A DNA stretch of 50,330 nucleotides from Gammaproteobacteria bacterium. Its GTDB lineage: Bacteria; Pseudomonadota; Gammaproteobacteria; Steroidobacterales; UBA11654. Each line of letters starts with the position of its first letter. The first letter of the stretch is position 1. Both the position numbers and the translations under genes were made by a program. Below are positions 1-8,223 of this stretch, piece after piece. The DNA is taken from assembly GCA_963578425.1 (NCBI GenBank), contig CAUZCF010000001.1, positions 1-50,330 on the forward strand. The letters run 5' to 3'. A model generated the notes under the pieces. The model had not been told where the DNA came from and did no database searches. It saw nothing but the letters and a program-made list of their open reading frames with translations.

Positions 1-20
1 ACAATGGTCAGGACACTTCA

Positions 21-851
21 TTGAAGATTCGAGAACTGAATAACTTACCACTTAATAGCATTGAAGAAATGAATCAGGGTATTTTTGATATTTCATGGTG
101 TGAACAATACGATGAGGATGGGTTGCTAGATCAAATTCTAGATCAAGAACTAAATTGCCCAACAGGTTATTCAAGAATCACTTTGATGGAGACCTTTGAT
201 GAGGTGAAAGAAGAATTCAATATTGGTTATGCTCAACGGATTAGGGGAGGAATTGAACAGTTTGGAGTGCTACCAGATTTAGGCATTGAAGTAATGGCAA
301 GTGGTGATATCACCTATAAGGGCGGAGGTTTAGTTGAAATAACAAGTGGTGAGCTTAAAGGAACCAAACTTATTGTCCGGCCAGACTTTCACCCGAACAA
401 ACCAGAATCTTTCTCCTATCAAGACAGTTACAGGCATGAAAACTCAAGTGACCCTTACACAGATGCTAATGCTATCAGACCATTTAATGAGTTTATTAAC
501 TACAATAGCCATCTAATTAGTGCTTGGTTTGATTTTACTGCTCTCATTGGCAGACAAGCTAAAATTAATTCTAATACTCCTTTACCAATAATGAAAAATG
601 CCATTTCTGAAGCTATATATTTTGGACCCTATCGAACAATTGTGAACTCACCTGCTTCAGTATCAATCCCTATTGATGTCTCTAAAATTGAAAATAAAGA
701 TAAAATCAGAGCTTATATATTTAATGATCTTTCTAGAGAATATGATCCAGTTTTTGAGGTACCAGGCGGACAAAGCATTCGAGTCGATTGGGACAAAGGA
801 ATTGTTTCATTCGATACTCAAGTTCTTGGTATTTTTGTTATCGGAAACTAA
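21..851 (+). CDS. hypothetical protein, possibly 5'-truncated by the window edge
   Basis: 276-codon ORF. The frame stays open back to nt 3, so the true start may lie upstream of the window. TTG at 21 and ATG at 69 are candidate internal starts. No recognisable motif. Confidence 0.5.
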   Translation: MKIRELNNLPLNSIEEMNQGIFDISWCEQYDEDGLLDQILDQELNCPTGYSRITLMETFDEVKEEFNIGYAQRIRGGIEQFGVLPDLGIEVMASGDITYKGGGLVEITSGELKGTKLIVRPDFHPNKPESFSYQDSYRHENSSDPYTDANAIRPFNEFINYNSHLISAWFDFTALIGRQAKINSNTPLPIMKNAISEAIYFGPYRTIVNSPASVSIPIDVSKIENKDKIRAYIFNDLSREYDPVFEVPGGQSIRVDWDKGIVSFDTQVLGIFVIGN

Positions 852-871
852 AAAAAATACTTTATTGACAA

Positions 872-2821
872 ATGAACCACTCAAGAAAACTTATTTGGCT
901 TCCCAGAGACAGTGAATCTAGCCTATTAATTGATTACATGAACTTTTTAAATATTGAGCATAATCAAACGTTCAAAAATTATGAACAACTGTACCGATGG
1001 TCGGTAGAATACCCCGAGAATTTTTGGTCATCTTTTACTCAGTTTGCAGGCATTAATTTCAAAAAATCTTCATCTAAGATTCTTGAAATAGGTGACCAAA
1101 TGATTGATTCAAAATGGTTTGTTGGCTCTAAACTTAATTTTGCAGAACATCTTATATCTAGGAAGGACAGTCATCCTGCAATTATCTATAGAGATGAAAA
1201 GGGCCGTAGAAAAGAATTATCTTATAAAGAGCTTTTTGATCAAGTGCGTTCATTTGCTAAAGCTCTAGTTGATCAAGGAGTCAAAGAAGGTGACGTTGTT
1301 GGCGCCATCATGACTAATTGCCCTGAAACCATAATTGCAATGCTTGCCAGCAGCGCAATAGGTGCTGTTTGGACTTCTTGTTCACCAGATTTTGGTGTTG
1401 ATGCAATTTTAGACAGAATTGGACAAGTTAAACCCAAGGTATTAATTGCTATCGACCAATATGAATACAACGGGAAAAAATTTAATTTAATGGAAAAAAT
1501 AACAGCAATTTCAAAAAAGTTGGAAGGCTTATCTAAAGTCTTTGTGGTTCAACATTTAGATACAAAAATTGATTATAAAAGCATAGAAAATGCTGTTCCA
1601 TTTAGTGATCATTTGAATCAAGATGAAGCACTACAATTTAATGCCTTACCCTTTGACCACCCATTGTTCATAATGTATTCATCTGGAACCACCGGTAAAC
1701 CAAAGTGCATTATCCACTCTGCTGGGGGAACACTAATTCAACATATGAAAGAACACCAACTGCATTTGAACTTGAAACCAGATAATAGACTATTCTTTTT
1801 TACTACATGTGGTTGGATGATGTGGAATTGGCTTGTCAGCGCATTGGCAAGCAAAGCTACGATTATTCTTTATGAAGGGTCACCATTTTATCCACATAAT
1901 GAGTTTTTATGGGCTATTGCTGAGGATGAAAAGATCAGTCACTTTGGTATCAGTCCTCGTTATATCACCACGATGATGAAAGAAAACATAAAGCCATTAG
2001 AAAAGTACAATCTGAAATCACTACAAACTATTCTTTCAACTGGCTCACCATTACTCTCAGATCATTTCCAGTATATACAGGATGCTATCAAGAGTGATGT
2101 TCAAATATCTTCCATTTCAGGAGGGACGGACATCATTTCATGCTTTGCCCTGGGTAATCCAATAGTTCCTGTGTTTGATGGAGAAATTCAGTCCATTGGC
2201 TTAGGGATGGCTGTTAAAGTTTTTAATGACGCGGGACAAGAAGCGGCGAAAGAAGAGAAAGGTGAACTGGTCTGTACACAGCCCTTTCCTTCTATGCCTA
2301 TTGGGTTCTTTAATGATCCGGATAAAAAAAAGTATAAACAGAGTTATTTTAATAAATTTGAGAACACATGGGCACACGGTGATTTTGCAACAATTACTGA
2401 AAATAATGGTGTAATCATTTTTGGTCGATCAGATACCACTTTAAACTCAGGAGGGGTAAGAATTGGGACTGCTGAAATCTACCGTCAAACTGAAAAATTG
2501 CCTCAAATACTAGATGCTGTGGTAGTTGAAACAACTAAAAACTCTGAGCCAATTGTAACTTTATTTGTGGTATTAAAAAAAGAGGAAAAACTCACTAATG
2601 ATTTAGTAAAAAAGATTAAATATGAGCTTAAAACCAATGCCAGCCCAAGACATATTCCGAAACATATAATTCAAGTTGATGATATACCCAGAACCAGAAG
2701 TGGCAAAATTTCTGAATTATCAGTCAAAGCAGCAATTGAAGGAGAGGAGATAAGAAATATTGATGCCCTAGAAAATCCTGATTCACTATCTATTTATAGA
2801 GAGTTTGCAAAGGAAAACTGA
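872..2821 (+). CDS. acetoacetyl-CoA synthetase (acetoacetate-CoA ligase, AMP-forming)
   Basis: 649 aa. AMP-binding motif YSSGTTGKPKCIIHSAGG, plus WTSCSPDFG and the N-terminal YRWSVEYPENFW. These are typical of acetoacetyl-CoA synthetases rather than acetyl-CoA synthetase. Confidence 0.85.
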   Translation: MNHSRKLIWLPRDSESSLLIDYMNFLNIEHNQTFKNYEQLYRWSVEYPENFWSSFTQFAGINFKKSSSKILEIGDQMIDSKWFVGSKLNFAEHLISRKDSHPAIIYRDEKGRRKELSYKELFDQVRSFAKALVDQGVKEGDVVGAIMTNCPETIIAMLASSAIGAVWTSCSPDFGVDAILDRIGQVKPKVLIAIDQYEYNGKKFNLMEKITAISKKLEGLSKVFVVQHLDTKIDYKSIENAVPFSDHLNQDEALQFNALPFDHPLFIMYSSGTTGKPKCIIHSAGGTLIQHMKEHQLHLNLKPDNRLFFFTTCGWMMWNWLVSALASKATIILYEGSPFYPHNEFLWAIAEDEKISHFGISPRYITTMMKENIKPLEKYNLKSLQTILSTGSPLLSDHFQYIQDAIKSDVQISSISGGTDIISCFALGNPIVPVFDGEIQSIGLGMAVKVFNDAGQEAAKEEKGELVCTQPFPSMPIGFFNDPDKKKYKQSYFNKFENTWAHGDFATITENNGVIIFGRSDTTLNSGGVRIGTAEIYRQTEKLPQILDAVVVETTKNSEPIVTLFVVLKKEEKLTNDLVKKIKYELKTNASPRHIPKHIIQVDDIPRTRSGKISELSVKAAIEGEEIRNIDALENPDSLSIYREFAKEN

Positions 2822-2868
2822 CCTCATAATGAAATGCAATTAACATAAAAGAAATAAACAATTATTGA

Positions 2869-3864
2869 TTACTTCACTGGAGCCGGAGTTTGCTCTATCG
2901 CATAAAGCTCAAGACTTGAAAGACTTGGTGTTTTTGGATCATAGGTCTCAGGAGCAGTAAAATACTTTGGATAATTTTTTTCTACATAATCCAGTACCTG
3001 TCGACTATGAATTTCTTCTAGATCTTCACCAGAACCCATAAAGGCTGAGTATATCATGTGTCCTGGGGTATCACCCATATACATCCACGGAAGCCATGGA
3101 GCAACTCGATTCCAAGTGCCACTAAAGGGTAAGGTGGTATAACTTGGATCCTGCATCTTTTGAACATCAACATGATAAGCAAAAGCCTCACTCACTTGCA
3201 CCATAGGTCCTGAAGATTCGCGTTTCCATTTATTTGGATTAAGAGCATTTGGATAAAAAAGATTGATATGTATCTCCATGTCTAATCGATCACCCCGTTG
3301 TTGCCACGGTAAAATAAATGGAATCTTTGGTGGTTCCTCTTGGTTTAAATCACCAAATTTTGGTGGCGAAGGGAAATAATCCTCAATCACATAATTAAAA
3401 GGATCATTGGTTATAGGAACAACCCTAACCACCTCATTGGTCATTGGATTTTTATACTCCTCTAAGACTTCGCCAGATCTCAGATCAGTATAAAGAGCAA
3501 CCTCTCTAAGAATTTTAGCAAAAGACCCATCAGTTTGCTGTTCTAGTCTAGACACCCCAAACCCTGCTACACCAAGAACATCAAGTATGGGTTTATGGGG
3601 CCTAATAGCCATAACATAACCTTTAAACCAACCGATTTTTTGTTTTGATTCGTCTAAATCACCATTCAGCCTAGAATAGGCTAATTTATTACCTACGCCT
3701 GTACTAAGATCTAAATAAGGTCCATTTAAGGCATCACCTCTCGCACCCCCATAGGCAGAGGGTAAATCAGCATTAGCCTGCTGTGAAAATACACTTAGAG
3801 CTGCAGCACCTGCACTCAAAGCTCCTAAATTACCGATGTTCTTAAAAAATTCTCTTCGTTCCAT
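2869..3864 (-). CDS. Tat-signal exported protein of unknown function (possibly DUF1838-like)
   Basis: N-terminus MERREFFKNIGNLGALSAGAAALSVFSQQANA has a twin-arginine motif (RREFFK), an h-region and an AxA-like cleavage site. The DUF1838 resemblance is from memory only. The gene lies 13 nt downstream of the MFS gene on the same strand. Confidence 0.6.
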   Translation of the reverse strand: MERREFFKNIGNLGALSAGAAALSVFSQQANADLPSAYGGARGDALNGPYLDLSTGVGNKLAYSRLNGDLDESKQKIGWFKGYVMAIRPHKPILDVLGVAGFGVSRLEQQTDGSFAKILREVALYTDLRSGEVLEEYKNPMTNEVVRVVPITNDPFNYVIEDYFPSPPKFGDLNQEEPPKIPFILPWQQRGDRLDMEIHINLFYPNALNPNKWKRESSGPMVQVSEAFAYHVDVQKMQDPSYTTLPFSGTWNRVAPWLPWMYMGDTPGHMIYSAFMGSGEDLEEIHSRQVLDYVEKNYPKYFTAPETYDPKTPSLSSLELYAIEQTPAPVK

Positions 3865-3877
3865 ATTTAAACCTCAA

Positions 3878-5206
3878 TCAATTTGAATTATTTTTTCTAC
3901 GCTCAAAGAATAACAATAACAGCGCTAAAGTTAAAAGGGCAACATTGGCAAACCCTACCATGGTAAACGGTGCTGTTGGGCCAACGTTATCAAATAAATA
4001 GCCACCAATACTGGCAACTAATAGAATACCAATTGCCCCGAAAAAACTAAAGCCACCAATGACAGCGCCCCGACCTTTTGCTGGCGCAGCACTGCCAATC
4101 AATGATATCGCAGAAATATTAGCAAAAATTTCACCCAGCCCTAAAAGCGCTGCTCCAAAATACATTTGCTTACTAAAAATATCATCAATAAAGCCAAGGT
4201 ATAGATATCCACAGGCTGCAATAAACATAGAAATTGCTAAGGCCATAACACGATCAACTTTATCTATAAAAAAATTGATCAAAACTGCTCCGGGAATAGC
4301 AAAAGCTTGAACCATCACATAAAAACCTGTCGATAATTTAAATGCTTCAGTTCGACTCATCTCCATGGTGATAGCCTCGTTAAATAGCCATAATGAGAAA
4401 AACGTGCTCACCACTGATAAATCTCCTCTTGATACAACCCCAGCAGTATAGGCGAGAGCAACTCTTGGGTTTCTAGCTTCTTTAAATGCTATTGCTAATG
4501 TAGAAAAATAAGACCCTTTTTTAGTGACCTGAACAGGCGCACCTTTTTTTAAACCAGTAAAAAGGACAGTAGAGACAATTAAAACCATTACAGCAGCACA
4601 CCAAATTGTATATTGGCCAGATATCGCACTATCAAAACCCTGATTAACAAAATACTCCGGAAGTTTTCTAAAGCTTCCTATGATGAGAACCAGGCCTAAA
4701 CCGTTCAAAATCGATGTGGTTGCAATCAGTTTTCCACGAGTGCTCTCATGAACGTAATCATTAGCGGTTGTGGGTAGCATCACTGTATTACAAGCACAGC
4801 CTAGGGCAATAAAGATACGAAAAATGATGAGCTCAGTGCTATCTCCAGCAAGCGGATAAAGAAAATAGCCTATGCCGAGAAGAACAAATCCTATGGAATA
4901 TACAATTCTTCTTCCAACTCTATCTGAAAATGCACCAGCTAATCCGATCACACAGACCACAACTATTTCTTGCATTGCGGTGAGTTTACCTGCTAGGGCT
5001 CCCGTTTCATTTTGAGGAATCTCAAGTATATCGAACACCAATGGACCAAAGACATTTACTAATGCCATACTGGCAATACCGAAGAATGCACCAAAAAATA
5101 ACGTGAAAAGATGACGCTTTTCAATATCTGGCATGAGAGTTATAGGGCCAAACTTTATCCCCATTTCTTCAATATTATTCTTTGACGATTCAACTGGTTG
5201 ATTCAT
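3878..5206 (-). CDS. MFS family transporter
   Basis: About 12 hydrophobic segments and an MFS-type loop motif (FSDRVGRR). The start is taken at ATG 5206 (MNQPVESS...); the track ORF extends to 5257. Confidence 0.75.
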   Translation of the reverse strand: MNQPVESSKNNIEEMGIKFGPITLMPDIEKRHLFTLFFGAFFGIASMALVNVFGPLVFDILEIPQNETGALAGKLTAMQEIVVVCVIGLAGAFSDRVGRRIVYSIGFVLLGIGYFLYPLAGDSTELIIFRIFIALGCACNTVMLPTTANDYVHESTRGKLIATTSILNGLGLVLIIGSFRKLPEYFVNQGFDSAISGQYTIWCAAVMVLIVSTVLFTGLKKGAPVQVTKKGSYFSTLAIAFKEARNPRVALAYTAGVVSRGDLSVVSTFFSLWLFNEAITMEMSRTEAFKLSTGFYVMVQAFAIPGAVLINFFIDKVDRVMALAISMFIAACGYLYLGFIDDIFSKQMYFGAALLGLGEIFANISAISLIGSAAPAKGRGAVIGGFSFFGAIGILLVASIGGYLFDNVGPTAPFTMVGFANVALLTLALLLLFFERRKNNSN

Positions 5207-5259
5207 AATCACTTGATAAAATAAATATGTGCACAAAGCATAACAATAAAGGCCCATCT

Positions 5260-6333
5260 ATGATAAAGAAAATATTAAAAATAATTGGCTGGATTATTCT
5301 TTTTATTCTTCTATTTAGTCTATGGATGTTACAACGGATGGATACCTTTAAGACGATCACTAACAATACTCCAGAGATTTGTGAAAGTTTTAAAATGAAT
5401 GGAAGCGCTGAGGATATCGAGATCGATTACACAAGAGGCATAGCTTATCTTTCTATCCAAGACAGAGAAGCCTTGATTAAAGGAGAAAATACTCAGGGGT
5501 TCATAGGAAAAATTGATCTGAATAAAAAACCCTATACTTTAGTCTCTGCCTTATCAAAACAACCTGAACACCTCAGACCGCATGGCTTGAGCTTATATAT
5601 AGACAACAGAGGCAAGCGCCATCTTGCCATCATTAATCATCCAAAAAATAGAGGCGAAGAACCCGAAGTGATTGATCTCTTTTCTGAGACAAACAATGGT
5701 GTGTTTGATTTTGTGAGAAGCGTCTCTGATCCATTGTTTCAAAGTCCAAATGATGTCCTTCTTGTCGATAAAGAAAAATTCTATGTGGGCAATGATAAGG
5801 GTGGGGTCAGCACTTTAGATAAAATTCAAGAGCAACTGGGTAGACCTATGTCGACGGTGGTCTATTTTGACGGTAAGTCAGCTAAAATTGCTATGGATAA
5901 TTTGTCCTCTGTCTCAGGAATTAATCTATCACCAGATCAACTAACGGTTTATGCCTCAGAAACAAATGCAAAGAGAATGGCAGTCTTAAAACGCAATTTG
6001 AAAGACGGATCCTTAGTAAAAATAAACACAATAAAATTATCAGGATCGCCCGATAATATTAATGTTCTAAGAGACGGGAGTTTAGTGGTGGCGAATATTC
6101 CTAAAGTATGGGCATTAATACAACATTTCATTGCCCTCCAGAACAATGAATATAAGCCTGCCCCGTCACAGGTCATTAAAATTGATTTTGATGATAGGGG
6201 AAACCATACTGTCAAAGAGCTCTTTATGAGTGAAGGTAATGATATGTCAACCACGAGTGTTGGGGTAATCTGGTCTGATAAATTATTTATGGGCTCAATT
6301 GATGATAAGCAAATGTATATTTGTGAGTTATAG
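5260..6333 (+). CDS. paraoxonase/arylesterase (PON) family six-bladed propeller lactonase homolog, N-terminally membrane anchored
   Basis: By-eye alignment to human PON1 as I recall it: GSAEDIEI/GSEDLEI, RPHGLS/NPHGIS, IINHPK/VVNHPD, SPNDVLLVDKEKFYVGND/LNDIVAVGPEHFYGTND, SGINLSPD/NGINISPD, PDNINV/VDNISV. The C-terminus MYICEL matches LYCEL. N-terminal hydrophobic anchor IIGWIILFILLFSLWML. The alternative start at 5227 is less likely. Confidence 0.8.
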   Translation: MIKKILKIIGWIILFILLFSLWMLQRMDTFKTITNNTPEICESFKMNGSAEDIEIDYTRGIAYLSIQDREALIKGENTQGFIGKIDLNKKPYTLVSALSKQPEHLRPHGLSLYIDNRGKRHLAIINHPKNRGEEPEVIDLFSETNNGVFDFVRSVSDPLFQSPNDVLLVDKEKFYVGNDKGGVSTLDKIQEQLGRPMSTVVYFDGKSAKIAMDNLSSVSGINLSPDQLTVYASETNAKRMAVLKRNLKDGSLVKINTIKLSGSPDNINVLRDGSLVVANIPKVWALIQHFIALQNNEYKPAPSQVIKIDFDDRGNHTVKELFMSEGNDMSTTSVGVIWSDKLFMGSIDDKQMYICEL

Positions 6334-6341
6334 TTAAATAC

Positions 6342-6938
6342 ATGAGTGCACCAACTTTAAATGATTTTGAATCGCATGTCTCAAATGAGAGAACTCACTT
6401 ATCGCAAGTGAGAAGAGCCTTTACAAAAAGCTTAGAGATTAAAAATGTTGACCCTGGTTTAGTACACTTTTATGTCGCTTGCTCAAATTATTTTGATTTC
6501 TCTCTGAAACGCTTAATAAAACAAGACTACATCCTCCATGATTTACTCTTACCTCATGTGGAAGCTGATAATACAGAATATAAAAATAAACTTGAAAGCC
6601 TATCAAATGGCCTAGGCGCTATGGAAGAATCAATGATTCAACTTAATAATGCTAAAGATAAATTAATCAAATCTGGTCTATATGAGATAGATTTATTTAA
6701 AAAAGAAGCAGCTCACTTTCTTGATGTTTTTTTAAATATGCTGGCAACAAATCGTCATTCTACCTATGATTTAGAAAAACAAGTTTTCAAACCTGAAGAT
6801 TGGAAACAAATTGCAGGGGTGACTGCAGACAGTATTAATAGTGAAAAAACTCTCTATAACGATGTAAAATTATCGGCACCACAGGGTTGTGAGCCTCAAA
6901 GTTTTCCTCCAATAGGACATCATGAAAAACCAAAATAA
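6342..6938 (+). CDS. hypothetical helical protein
   Basis: 198-aa ORF starting 8 nt after the PON-like gene and overlapping the SDR gene by 17 nt, so probably in the same operon. No signal peptide and no motif I can name with confidence. Confidence 0.55.
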   Translation: MSAPTLNDFESHVSNERTHLSQVRRAFTKSLEIKNVDPGLVHFYVACSNYFDFSLKRLIKQDYILHDLLLPHVEADNTEYKNKLESLSNGLGAMEESMIQLNNAKDKLIKSGLYEIDLFKKEAAHFLDVFLNMLATNRHSTYDLEKQVFKPEDWKQIAGVTADSINSEKTLYNDVKLSAPQGCEPQSFPPIGHHEKPK

Positions 6939-7728
6939 ATTAACGTCTTCAATACTCCTTATTCTAATTATTTGTAGTTGGTTGCCTAATAATAATTTGT
7001 ATGCTTTCGAGAATGATGAGCCAACAGTCCTTATTACCGGATCAAATAGGAATCTAGGACTTGAATTTGTTAAGCAGTTTTCAAAAAAGAAGTGGAACGT
7101 CATCGCCACTGCAAGAAACCCAAAAGAAGCTGATGAATTACAAGAATATGCAGCTAACAATAATAATATTGTCATTGAGCTACTTGACATAACCAACAAT
7201 GATCACATTGAGAATTTATCTTCCAAATATAAAAATCAAACAATTGATATTCTGCTTAATAATGCAGGATTAACTCCTAGACATTTCTCAGCATTTAGAA
7301 AACTATCTGGTGTTGACGAAGACATCACTAGAAAAAGTTTTGAGATTAATGCTTTAGGCACCATGAAGGTAATCCAAGCATTTATAAAAAATGTTGAACA
7401 ATCAGAAAACGGGAAAATTATAGCCTTATCAAGTAAGGTAAGTTCATTCGGTGAAAGGCTTAAGATTCCTATGATGTACAGCTATGCAATGAGTAAGGCT
7501 GCCCTAAATAGCATGATTTATAGCCTTTCGTTTGAAACCAAGAAAAAAAATGTAGTCGTGATATCTCTCTCACCCGGCATGGTTAATACGACTCCAGGGA
7601 CTGCGATCCCGTCAGCAATAGAAATTGATGAAAGTGTGACAAAGATGATGGCAGTAATAGAAAATCTAACTATGGATCAAAATGGTTTATTTATTGACTA
7701 TGAGGATGGGAGAACCATTCCTTGGTAG
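6922..7728 (+). CDS. short-chain dehydrogenase/reductase (CsgA/sniffer-like SDR) with N-terminal signal or anchor
   Basis: Cofactor-binding motif TGSNRNLGLEFVKQF, NNAG motif and catalytic YSYAMSKAAL (YxxxK). The N-terminus MKNQNKLTSSILLILIICSWLP is hydrophobic. Confidence 0.8.
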   Translation: MKNQNKLTSSILLILIICSWLPNNNLYAFENDEPTVLITGSNRNLGLEFVKQFSKKKWNVIATARNPKEADELQEYAANNNNIVIELLDITNNDHIENLSSKYKNQTIDILLNNAGLTPRHFSAFRKLSGVDEDITRKSFEINALGTMKVIQAFIKNVEQSENGKIIALSSKVSSFGERLKIPMMYSYAMSKAALNSMIYSLSFETKKKNVVVISLSPGMVNTTPGTAIPSAIEIDESVTKMMAVIENLTMDQNGLFIDYEDGRTIPW

Positions 7729-7760
7729 AAGGCAACTGGGTTCTCGGAGAAAGAGTCGGT

Positions 7761-8162
7761 CTAATCGCTACCGCTTTCGATCACATTATAAAGCACGCTT
7801 GATGTACAGCTAGCCAAAGCATCATACTCGGCGTCCAGCGCCGCGCCCTCAGCCGCATAGTAAGCAGCAATATCGGCGGCATAGGTAACCAGGTCGGGGT
7901 AGGAATCGGTAAGCAGTACCACGCTAAATTCATCACCCACGAATGGAGTAGCGACATGACCTCGAATATCCCCTCCATAGTCTTGCTTATTCGCCCACGC
8001 AAGCCACTTGCCATGAATAGCACTGAATTCCTCCAATGTCTTGCCATCATTTAGCGTACACGTCCAGACCTGTTCCAGTCGTGTATCAGCATTGACTGAA
8101 AAACTGGCCATTAGCATTATTACAGCGCCTGCTAGACGCCAATTTAAACTAGGTAACTTCAT
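7761..8162 (-). CDS. small secreted protein of unknown function, compositionally foreign
   Basis: The start is taken at ATG 8162 (MKLPSLNWRLAGAVIMLMASFSVNA|DT, a Sec signal peptide). The mature part is about 108 aa with two Cys. G+C is about 49% by hand count with GC-ending codons, unlike the neighbouring genes. The track ORF extension to 8396 is rejected. Confidence 0.65.
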   Translation of the reverse strand: MKLPSLNWRLAGAVIMLMASFSVNADTRLEQVWTCTLNDGKTLEEFSAIHGKWLAWANKQDYGGDIRGHVATPFVGDEFSVVLLTDSYPDLVTYAADIAAYYAAEGAALDAEYDALASCTSSVLYNVIESGSD

Positions 8163-8223
8163 TTCATATTCCTCTGCATTATTATTATTTAGACTTTTAT
8201 AAAATTTATCACATAAAGTTGAA

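Noticed and set aside
673-915. 80-aa ORF bridging the end of the first gene and the start of the acetoacetyl-CoA synthetase gene
   Set aside because: It overlaps two better-supported ORFs in another frame and has a low-complexity K/I/L-rich translation.
6342-6938. Hemerythrin-like (HHE) metal-binding assignment for the 198-aa protein
   Set aside because: Several His/Glu residues are spaced suggestively (ILHDLLLPHVE, AAHFLD). I cannot align the full H-HxxxE-H-HxxxxD pattern by eye, so the call is left as hypothetical.
7781-8050. 89-aa alternative-frame ORF on the same strand within the GC-rich small gene
   Set aside because: Arg/Trp/Met/Leu-rich translation typical of an off-frame read in GC-rich DNA. 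The other frame gives a signal peptide and a plausible globular domain.
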